Shown: positions 53,521 through 64,000 of the stretch, piece by piece
Numbering within the stretch: the first letter of the stretch is position 1
Layout of the letters: the number at the start of each line of letters is the position of its first letter
Assembly: GCA_951406725.2 (NCBI GenBank)
Contig: OX597831.1
Location: 80,166,001 to 80,230,000 of the forward strand
Direction of reading: 5' to 3'
Source of the DNA: Octopus vulgaris
Taxonomy: Eukaryota
Length of the DNA: 64,000 bases
Made by a program: the position numbers and the translations under genes
Notes under the pieces: generated by a model
Databases searched by the model: none
What the model saw: only the letters and a program-made list of their open reading frames with translations
Told to the model about the DNA's origin: nothing

Positions 53521-53912
53521 TAGGCGCAGGAGTGGCTGTGTGGTAAGTAGCTTGCTTACCAACCACATGGTTCCGGGTTCAGTCCCACTGCGTGGCATCT
53601 TGGGCAAGTGTCTTCTGCTATAGCCCCGGGCCGACCAATGCCTTGTGAGTGGATTTGGTAGACGGAAACTGAAAGAAGCCTGTGTGTATATGTTTGTGTG
53701 TCTGTCTTTTTCCCCCTAGCATTGCTTGACAACCGATGCTGGTGTGTTTACGTCCCCGTTACTTAGCGGTTCGGCAAAAGAGACCGATTGAATAAGTACT
53801 GGGCTTACAAAGAATAAGTCCCGGGGTTGATTTGCTCGACTAAAGGCGGTGCTCCAGCATGGCCGCAGTCAAATGAATGAAACAAGTAAAAGAGTAAAAG
53901 AGTAAAGAGTAA
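53521..53912 (+). mobile_element. tRNA-derived SINE, full-length reference copy (CORE-like family)
   Basis: A box TGGCTGTGTGG, B box GGTTCAGTCCC, CTTGGGCAAGTG core, LINE-like tail, (GTAAAAGA)n. Confidence 0.93.
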
Positions 53913-53918
53913 TACATA

Positions 53919-55445
53919 CTAGCATTATGACCCGTCGTTGCCGGATCATAGTGCTAGTGCATGTATATATATGTACATATTACATGTACATCTATATATA
54001 TACATCTACACATAAAATACAAAATACAAAGTTATATCTTGATATCGCTAGTGATAACAATACTCAAAATATATAACAGACTGGAATTGTAGGCTCGTGT
54101 CCTCCCTCTTGTATAGAAGTGTGGCTACAATCCAGCCTACCTCTACTTCTGGGTGGGGGGACATTTTTAATTTTTATCCGAGACGTCCTACGTCCTAGAT
54201 ATAAAGGTAAAAATAAAATATTTCCACTTTGCAAGGTTCGAGTCGAGTACTACCTTGTACACTCCGTTGACTCGAACCTTGCTTCTATTGTGGCGAATTT
54301 ACCGCCTCTGGTTAGATATATTTCATCGTCGCACCAAGACACTTTTCGATGGTGCTTTCCTCCAGGTGTTCAAATCTTTTTTTCTCTACATTGTATACTT
54401 ATAGACAATAGTATTTTCTTTAATTTAATTTTTTATTTCGTTTGGTGGTGTTATCCTAGATTCACCGTCTTTGTCGGTGATCAATCCGTATTTCTTCCAT
54501 TTTAATTTCAATGAGTTCGCGCCCGCCGACGGTTGCAGCGAAATTCATTTTTGGACTTTCTTCTATCGAAGGCATTCTAAAAAAAATGCTTCCGTATAAA
54601 CGGTGAAAATATTATCAATTTCCCCAAACAGGGACACAATTCAATTTTTAAACAATAATCAAAGCTCCTTCTCACAAAGGGAGAGGGTTACGGTTTACAA
54701 TTATCTAACAAATGCAACACAACAATGTTTCCTTTACGAGGAACCAACAAACGTGATAACAATAGTTAAACAGTAATAATAATAACAACAAACCTTACGG
54801 TGAATCAAAAAGCAGTACGCAGTTGAAGTCATTTATGAATGAGAAATAAACCAACAGGAGCGGCTGTTCGAGAAAACAGATATTACATACAGCCAAACTT
54901 CATATAGAAACTTAATGCTAGCTAATTAGCAGATAATCTAATGTAAAAGCCGTGGTAAAGGGTATTGCACACTTCAATCTGGACTATTCCATTTCTGCAC
55001 GCTAATTTTATTTTTTATTTATTCCCATTCATGTGAAACCACTTATTCAAGTTCAAGTCATTGATGCAATTTTATACCAATTGCTATTTTTATTTTTGTA
55101 ATGTTACGATTATATTATACTTTAGTTTGATTTTAATTATTACTTACTACATATAATTCAACTGTTATTATCATTTTTATTGTTAAAGTGAAAGCATCTG
55201 ACATAAAATAGAGAAATGTTTTTGTTTCACTTTTAACACGTAATACTGAAATAGTGGAGAAGATATGATATTGCAAGTGGGCTCGCCCTAGGCAAAAAGT
55301 TAAAACAATTTTTGCCGATGACACTACCCGGACCTACCCGGGTCATAAGGCATGTGTAAAATTTGAATGAAATTGGTTGTGCAGTTCTCAGGTTTTAGGG
55401 AAACACACAGACAGACAGACACACATTCTCAGTTTTATATATAGA
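53919..55445 (-). mobile_element. Non-autonomous Helitron
   Basis: Minus strand A|TCTATAT...(GTCT)n start; subterminal hairpin GATCCG/CGGGTC; CTAG|T end. Confidence 0.8.
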
Positions 55446-55621
55446 TATATGTATATGGATATATGTATGTATATATGTATATGTGTGTATGTATGTATAT
55501 GGGTGTATGCAAGGCAGGTTAGTAATATCTTCAGAACCCTATAAGACTCATTAGGACACAATTTTATCGACTGCCCATCACAAACGACTGTATTTGCATA
55601 CATACACACACACACACACAG

Positions 55622-55698
<77 letters not shown>

Positions 55699-55700
55699 TA

Positions 55701-56042
55701 AAAGGGGTAAAGACCCCCTTCGGTCATGAATGACCATGGGATTGCACCTAGAAAGTTACCCTCCTAGACACAAGTCTGGGCAAGGTTGTTTTTATGGAAG
55801 GCCAGCAGTCGCCCATGCATACCAGCCTCCCCTCTCCACGCCACCAGTGTTATCCAAGGGAAAGACAAAGGTCGATACAGCTTGGCACCAGTGACGTCGC
55901 AACTCATTTCTACAGCTGAGTGAACTGGAGCAACGTGAAATAAAGTGCCTTGCTCGAGAACACAACACGCAGCCCGGTCCGGGATTCGAGCTCACAACCT
56001 CACGATCGTAAGCTCGACGCTCTAACCACTGAGCCATGCGCC
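55701..56042 (-). mobile_element. tRNA-derived SINE (head B + tail Z)
   Basis: GGCGCATGGCTCAGTGGTTAGAGCG...GAGCTCGAATCCC head. Confidence 0.88.
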
Positions 56043-56043
56043 T

Positions 56044-56160
56044 TAAGGGACATTAGCCAATTGAATATGGCTAGGGACAGGGCAGACTAGCCATATTCAA
56101 TTGGCTAATGTCCCTTATATTATGGAGCAGTCACTGTCTATATCTCATTTAGAGAATTAT

Positions 56161-56165
<5 letters not shown>
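56044..56165. mobile_element. Short fold-back copy of the 17.2 kb family (31-bp perfect arms)
   Basis: 56044-56074 / 56087-56117, plus the same ATGGAGCAG...AGAGAATTATTATT tail. Confidence 0.85.
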
Positions 56166-56201
<36 letters not shown>

Positions 56202-56248
56202 TTTATGAAAGAATGGAGTTGAACGACTTGTTAACAAATTTCCTTTAT

Positions 56249-56329
56249 TTTCGACATATGTTTCGAAGGCTGCATATTCCTAATTCCGAAGGAATAAGGA
56301 GTACATCATGCAGATTTCTCATCAGGAAA
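56249..56329 (-). ncRNA. Canonical type I hammerhead ribozyme motif
   Basis: TTTC-CTGATGA-GAA..CTGCATG...TATGCAG..TTC-GAAA-CATATG-TC^GAAA. Confidence 0.88.
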
Positions 56330-56438
56330 GGCAAGGAACTTATGTCGACATCAAAATGCACAAAAAACTTTTAGCTGACTGCTCTCAAGGAGCCCATGGC
56401 GATAATGAGTGTCTGTTTATAAGGAGTGACGTCAGAGT

Positions 56439-56503
<65 letters not shown>

Positions 56504-56505
56504 TA

Positions 56506-56650
56506 CAAAACTGTCCGACGAACGGGAACGTGAAACTCCGGGTAACAGCTTTTGTTATATTTCTGCTGCTTTTAAATAAAGCATATTACTCTATCTCTGG
56601 TATTTGAGTACTCTTTTTTTCACTTTGTTTCACCTTTATGTGCTTACGCC

Positions 56651-56652
<2 letters not shown>
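56506..56652 (+). mobile_element. Single copy of the 23.6 kb pLTR-like family with hammerhead at 56511-56548
   Basis: CTGT-CCGACGA-ACG-GGAA-CGT-GAAA-CTCCGGG-TA^ACAG. Confidence 0.8.
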
Positions 56653-56711
<59 letters not shown>

Positions 56712-56887
56712 TTACATATCGACACAAGCACATACACACACGCACATATACGTATATATATATATTTTCATAAAGCTTCCCGTTATATATATGAATCACA
56801 TGCTTGTATGAATTTATGTATATGGGTGTGTGTGCATGCACATATATATTTTCATATACATATATACAAATACATACATATGTATGA

Positions 56888-56946
<59 letters not shown>

Positions 56947-56974
56947 CATAGGTGTATATATATATGTAAACATA

Positions 56975-57024
<50 letters not shown>

Positions 57025-57165
57025 TATATATATAAACATATATATGTATAAGCATATATATGCTCGTTGATACAATATGCAAACATATAAATATATGTAT
57101 ACACACACACACGCTCTCTCTCTCTCTTTCACACACACAACACACTCACACACTCACTCACTCAC

Positions 57166-57219
<54 letters not shown>

Positions 57220-57369
57220 GCACACACACACACATCGACATACGTATATTGGGGAATATGACTTCCCCCAAAACATAAAATTACGTCATAAATAGCAGAG
57301 ATATTGAGTAAAGAATTAGCTGTCTTAAATAGATGTCATCCACAGGTCTTGATAGAACAATTCTCTCGA

Positions 57370-58045
57370 TTACTAATCTGGTGATAAAATGCAGACGGCT
57401 AGCTTTCAGAACAAGAGAGAAGGAGACACTAATGGCCCTGTGGAAAACTTTCGTCCTCAGCCGCTTGGACTACTGCTCCCAACTATGGTCACCACACAAT
57501 ATAAAACTAACAGCAGAACTCGAAGCAATTCAAAGAAGCTACACAAAGAAGATCGTCTCAATGCAACATATCAGCTACTGGGAAAGACTGAAAGTATTAA
57601 AACTCTTCTCTTTAGAGCGAAGGCGGGAGAGATATGTGGTGATATACATCTGGAAGATTCTGGAGGGTCTTGTCCCAAACTTTGGCATTCAAAGTTACCC
57701 CAACTGCAGAACGGGGCGCCACTGCATGGTGCCAAAGATTCCAACATCACCATCAAAATACAGGACCAGATACTGCAACAGCTTGGATTTCAAAGGACCA
57801 CAGTTCTTTAACATCCTCCTTAAATGCCTGAGAGACTTGCATAGTGTGGATGTGGGTTTCTTTAAAACTAAAATGGATCTCTTCTTGTCAGGGGACACAG
57901 ATGCGGGCCGCGGCATCGAACTCCCTTGTTGACCAAGTGCCACGTATCAGAGGTGGATTCACATATTAGTGTAGCTCATTCAGCGGTGGTGCCCCAGCAG
58001 GGCCCTAGCCTTCGGGCTAAAACATTTTTAAGGATTTAAGGATTT
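57370..58045 (+). mobile_element. 5'-truncated CR1/L2-group LINE (ORF2 C-terminus, 3' UTR, AAGGATTT tail)
   Basis: FRTREKETLMALWKTFVLSRLDYCSQLWSP..LEAIQRSYTK..SYWERLKVLKLFSLERRRERY..IYIWKIL. Confidence 0.9.
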
Positions 58046-58084
58046 ATATGTATATATATATATATATGTATGTATATATATATG

Positions 58085-58144
<60 letters not shown>

Positions 58145-58170
58145 TGTATGTATATATATATGTGTGTATT

Positions 58171-58221
<51 letters not shown>

Positions 58222-58238
58222 GTATATATATGTATATC

Positions 58239-58306
<68 letters not shown>

Positions 58307-58863
58307 TATACATATATATACCCATATTATTTCTTTATTATATATATACCCATATGTATACATACACATATATTCATCTAAATATTTACTTATGCTTATG
58401 CACAAGCTAATTAATACAGAAAAATATATAAAGAAAATATAAATATATATACAAATTTAGATACACACATACATACCCACACGCGCGCGCATACGCATAT
58501 ACACGCACACAGACACTATACAGGCCAACGTACAATTTGTAATGATGTGAGTTTGGTGGCGAACACCTGTCGATTAATTAGCACTATAGGTGGGGAGTAA
58601 GTTGGTGGTTTGAGCAGGGGGAGGGGTGGTGAAAGAGAAGAAGAAGAAGAAGAAGAAGAAGCAAGAAGGAAAGAACGAAAGGAAGAATGAAAAAGGAAAG
58701 AAGGAATGGCAATGCTAACATTTATTGTTGATATAAGAAAACTCAAATATATGTGTGTGTGGGTAGGTGGGTGTATGTGTGTGTGTGGGGGGGGAGTAGG
58801 TGGGTGTATGTGTGTGTGAGTGTGTGTATGAATAGATAGATTGATAGATAGATAAAGAGAGAC

Positions 58864-58978
<115 letters not shown>

Positions 58979-58982
58979 TAGA

Positions 58983-59020
<38 letters not shown>

Positions 59021-59035
59021 TACTGACAGACAGAC

Positions 59036-59111
<76 letters not shown>

Positions 59112-59161
59112 GGATGGATAGATAGATAGATAAATGCATGCTTACACACGTATATGCATCC

Positions 59162-59192
<31 letters not shown>

Positions 59193-59527
59193 TGCACACG
59201 CATAAGAGTATCCATACATACATACGCACATAAAAGTATGCATACATACATACGCACATACATACACACACATACATATATACACATACACATACGCGTA
59301 TATACACAGCGAAAGCACACACGCACGGGCTTCCCACAGAAGGTGTACACTTCATCTGATACATGAAGCAACATATTGAGAGTGGGTTTATTTTTAAGTA
59401 CTCCATACATTTAATATCAAAGTTCTGTTTATAATATCCAACGGTGAATTTTATGATGGAATAACACTTAAATGCTGTGTAATTACTGCTCTCATACAGC
59501 TGGGTCACTGTGTGTGTGTATGTGTGT

Positions 59528-59592
<65 letters not shown>

Positions 59593-60155
59593 TATTTGTA
59601 TTTAGGTGCGTGATTTATTTGTAGTAACAGCTCGCTGCTGCGTATGTATACTTATCTCTGTACAAATACACACATATATACATGTTTGTATACGTATAAG
59701 CGTGTGTAGTCTTACATGCATACATGCTTCCATCCATCCATCCATACATACACACACACACACGCAAACACACAATTATATATATATATCTTAGAAGGTT
59801 GGAGATGATGTACAGGTATTTTATATTAGAAGAAATGAGGTACTCAGAAATTCGGATGGTCTTATATTTAAAGATATTTATTTGTATATTACATGTTTTT
59901 ATACATCATATATCACATATCATATATACAGCGCTTTCGTCCATTGTAGTGGAGTTGTCAAATTGAACTAAGTTCTTGCAGAAAATGTGACTCTTTTTAT
60001 AGTGTCATTGAGTGTGTCGTGGTGTGTTAGGCGTGGTGTACATATATTGGATATTGAGAAAAAGGCTGCCGGAAATTTGGAAAAAAATCTTTTTATTTAT
60101 TCATTATCATTAGCGCTTTCGTTCGTTTCTCGAACTTGTCGAATATATATATATA

Positions 60156-60357
60156 TGAGAGTGGGTGCTGAAAAGTTCCTGGTTTTAAGGGTTTCGTAAA
60201 AAACCTGATTGGAGGCCCAACATTCCGAGTTCTTTTAGAGGGCTAAGAAAAACCGAAGGACCGCTTCAATAAGTGACTGAATCTGAGAGAGGAATATGTT
60301 GAATAAGATCATAATTAACCGATCCTCCTGCATTTTCTTTTAGACAAAGCCTAGAAC
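60156..60357 (+). mobile_element. Mariner-derived MITE
   Basis: GTGCTGAAAAGTTCCTGG start; GGAATATGTTGAATAA transposase-end remnant. Confidence 0.65.
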
Positions 60358-60364
60358 CACAGCC

Positions 60365-60514
60365 TCGTGCGGCTGTGTGCTAAGAAGCTTGCTTCCTAAC
60401 CACATGGTTCCGGGTTCAGTCCCGCTACGTGGCATTAGGTCTTCTACTATTGCTTCGGGCCGACCAAAGCCTTGTGAGTGGATTTGGTAGACGGAAAATG
60501 AAAGTAGCCCATCG

Positions 60515-60546
<32 letters not shown>

Positions 60547-60817
60547 CATTAATTAATAAATCTTAGGCTACCCTAAGATTTATTTATTAATGATAAAAAT
60601 GTTTTTGGCTAATTTTGAAAGAAAATCGGCACTTTTTGTATTTGCTGCCGAAAAAACCGCGTGTGCGGATTTTGAAAAGTTATAACATATATAAACATTA
60701 GGCATGTTTTTTATCGCTTAGTCTTTATATGTTAATCTTGGTTTGTAGTTTAACTACTCTTTCTAGCGTGTCAGATGTCCTGTTATGGCCACCTTTTATG
60801 TATTTAAATGTACACTG

Positions 60818-60912
<95 letters not shown>

Positions 60913-61085
60913 TTGTGTGTGTGTGTCTGTGTTTGTCCCTCCATCATAAGTTAGCGGTTCGGCGAAAGCCCGACAGAATATGTACTACGCTTACAAAGAA
61001 TAAGTCCTGTGGTCGATTTGCTTCACAAAAGGCCACTGCTCCGGCATGGCCGCAGTCAAATGACTGTAACAAGTAAAAGAATAAA
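60365..61085 (+). mobile_element. SINE (CORE-like family) interrupted by an insertion at 60543-60820
   Basis: Head at 60365-60515, tail at 60925-61085. Confidence 0.85.
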
Positions 61086-61103
61086 CGAATATATATATAT
61101 ATT

Positions 61104-61153
<50 letters not shown>

Positions 61154-61253
61154 CATGTGTGTATGTATTTATGTATATGTATATATACATTTGTATGTAT
61201 GTATATGTATATATATATATTCGCATATATATATATATATATATATATCAATA

Positions 61254-61588
61254 TCTATAAATCTGAAATGCGAAAAGTTTGTTTGTCTGGTTTTGGCATT
61301 GGAACGGGTTAAAGGGCACTAGATCCCGTCGGATTGACTCCAAAATGTAAAATGAGGTGAGGGTTTCAGTGGCTAGGTTAGAAATCCCTATCTTAAGAGG
61401 TGTCGTTACTAGGCCAAAAAAGGTACACTTGACGAGTCTCCTCCCATTCTCTTATCTGCCTGTCTTCCTCTGTCTCTCTCTGTTTCCTCCCTTCCCATCA
61501 CATTCTCTCGATAACGTCGCTTGACAGCGTCTACTATCTTTCCTCGCCGCCTTCACCAGCGCTGTCTCTCCCTCTCTCTCTCTCCCTC

Positions 61589-61619
<31 letters not shown>

Positions 61620-61792
61620 ACGTCTGTCTGCATTCACAGAGAGAATTATCATCGCCACCACGACCACAAAATCATGAGAACAAATATTATGAATCAGATA
61701 TTTATTAGGTTAATTTATATGTGTGTGTGTGTGTGTGTGTTCTATATATAAATATGTATACATAATGTATATATACAAAGTGTATATATCTG

Positions 61793-61833
<41 letters not shown>

Positions 61834-62862
61834 GCATTATATATATATATAATTTGTATACATTTGTATATATATTGCGTACACACACACACACACACAC
61901 ACATATATAATGCGTGTATATATGTACATATATATATTTAATGCGTATGTATATATATATATATACATACATAATGTGTGCATTATATGGTCGGTTGAGC
62001 TGAAAATATGCACACCTATGTTAAAAGTACTGGCGAGTTTTTGCATGGCAACTATTTTTTCCCTCAAATGAAAGGTGCGACCTCTAGGACAAAATTCCTC
62101 ATCTTATAAAATGTGACCCGAGTAGACCCGAATGAAATCGGGTTATATTAACCAAAATGTGAAAAGAGTTCTAAATGGGGCTGGAAGGGGATTAAAATTT
62201 ACAGGAGCGAGTATTTAGGAATTCTCGGTTACATCAAGCTAAAAAATTTGCGCCAGCCTTTAAACCTTCAATGTGTTGCCGTCCATGATGAAGAAGGTTT
62301 GAATGCTTGCCATGGTGAGTCTACTGTCGTGAGAAAGAATCACTTCAAAACTTGGTGTTTAGGAATTTTCTTTTACATCAAGCTAAAAATTTTTCGCCAG
62401 CCGTTAAACTGCCACTACGTTACTGTCCGTCGTTAATAAATGCCAGCCATGGTGACTATACTATCCACAGATTCTATCCCCTCAAACTTTGGTTTCCAAT
62501 ATTTTTATTCAGCTCGCAAGTTCGTCTGTCCGTGTAAAATGTTAGTGTTTTGCTGTCTGCCTTGAAGCAGACCTTTCCGTTGTCACTGCCTGATATTTAT
62601 GATTGATCTTCCAAAAAATTTCTTTCTCAACTTACTCAAGATCTTTTGTTGTTTATAATTGGGAGAGAGATAGACAGAGAAAGATAGAGAGTAAGAGAAA
62701 GCGAGGTAGAGTCCGAGAGGAATGGAAAGTAAGAGAGTGGGAAAGTGAGAGAGAAAGGAGAGAGAAACAAAGAGGGAGAATGTGGTGATAAAAAACAGAA
62801 TGGAAGCAACAGAAAGTAACAACCACACTCTTACCCGCGCGTAGAGCGGGTCACCTGAAGCT

Positions 62863-62864
<2 letters not shown>
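61254..62864 (+). mobile_element. Non-autonomous Helitron
   Basis: A|TCTATAA...GTTTGTTTGTC start; hairpin ACCCGC/GCGGGT then CTAG|T end; internal ~144-bp period repeat at 62214/62358. Confidence 0.72.
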
Positions 62865-62902
<38 letters not shown>

Positions 62903-62904
<2 letters not shown>

Positions 62905-63108
62905 AAGTTAATCCAAGCAAGAAAGCACAAAAAAACACAACAACGCGAGGACGTGGAACAAATAAAGTATTATTGGACGCTCAGGAAAGAAGGAAAGAAG
63001 GAGGGTTTAACGTTTCGAGCGGAGCTCTTCGTCGGAAACATAGGAGAAGGAAAGATCCAGAGAAGGGAAGACAGAGAAAAAAAAATCGCCAACGGTACAC
63101 ACGCGGAT
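62903..63108 (-). mobile_element. pLTR-like element with minimal hammerhead at 63005-63039
   Basis: GTTT-CCGACGA-A-GAGC-TCC-GCTC-GAAAC-GTT^AAAC. Confidence 0.7.
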
Positions 63109-63204
63109 CGCTATCCAACCAAAATATAAGACACATCAAACAGTCAGTAATACCTGTTCTACTGTGTTAGTAGTACTAGTAGTAGTACTTTTTAAGGCGT
63201 GTAA

Positions 63205-63602
63205 GGCGGCATGCTGGCAGAAACGTTAGCACGACGGGCGAAATGCTTAGCGGTATTTCGTCTGCCGTTACGTTCTGAGTTCAAATTCCGCCGAGGTCGA
63301 CTTTGCCTTTCATCTTTTCAGGATAGATTAAATAAGTACCAGTTACGCACTGGAATCGATATAATCGACTTAATCCGTTTGTCTGTCCTTGTTTGTCCCC
63401 TCTATGTTTAGCCCCTTGTGGGTAGTAAAAAAATAGGCATTTCGTCTGTCTTTACGTTCTGAGTTAAAATTCCGCCGAGGTCGACTTTGCCTTTCATACT
63501 TTCGGGGTCAATAAATCAAGTACCAGTTGCATACTGTGGTCGATATAATCGACTGGCCTCCTCCCCCAAAATTTCTGGCCTTGTACCTAGAGATGAAAAG
63601 AG
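63205..63602 (+). mobile_element. Two tandem Nin-domain-type SINEs
   Basis: TTACGTTCTGAGTT.AAATTCCGCCGAGGTCGACTTTGCCTTTCAT at 63268 and 63452. Confidence 0.88.
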
Positions 63603-64000
63603 TATTCGTTAAGGTCTGTGGTGGCTATTTAAGCAATGTATTCGAGGATGATTAATGGGTTGGATGGGTGCTTAGGAAAGGGCAAATATCCCCTAAATAT
63701 GGCATATGCGCCCATTATCCATTTTACATCTTCGATCTTATTGTAGCAAATATCAGTGCTGGCTAAAATTTCTATAAAATTTCCATAAAAATAATCTTAA
63801 CAAATAACAGACGTGAGGGCCTGACTGTGGAAGCCCAGTCAGGCCGTCATGCCTTTACCGTAGTCAGTTACGTCTTAATTTGTCCTGCAGCTCGTCTGAA
63901 CCAGCCTGGGCGCGGAGCTACCCTGCCAACGAATTCCTACGGTGAGTGAAGGAGAGCGTGCTGAAGCCTCCTTAGACGTTTTGTGAATAGAGCTTGTTAC

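Noticed and set aside
57440-57462. CTGAGGA-C-GAAA on the minus strand
   Set aside because: Lies within LINE coding sequence with no stems; chance match
63815-64000. GC-rich block with GGCCTGACTG/CAGTCAGGCC hairpin
   Set aside because: Truncated by the window end; cannot be assigned and no ribozyme fold could be built

Overview
AT-rich, microsatellite-saturated eukaryotic non-coding DNA (intron or intergenic). The SINE families and the (TA)n/(TG)n/(GATA)n load point to an Octopus genome; this is an inference, not a database match. Almost every ORF in the supplied track is a microsatellite translation artefact, and no intact host gene is visible (one plausible 75-nt exon at 51107-51181). The recognisable coding sequence is decayed transposon: two lineages of Penelope-like GIY-YIG retroelement, CR1/L2-group and R4/Dong-like LINE 3' ends, mariner, DD37D, hAT and an Academ-like XPG/PIN element. 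There are also two non-autonomous Helitrons and many tRNA-derived SINEs. The main hidden signal is RNA-level: about 18 type I hammerhead ribozyme motifs from roughly 10 sequence families, most with palindromic (dimer-type) stem III, in short elements inserted into (TA)n. The best case is a 2.4-copy tandem array of a ~400-bp monomer (4451-5426) whose end falls at the predicted self-cleavage site, as expected for a retrozyme-like circular RNA mobilised by Penelope-type machinery. Several elements are fold-back palindromes that turn at the ribozyme. A degenerate HDV-like ribozyme caps an RTE-like element. All folds were read by eye and none was computed.
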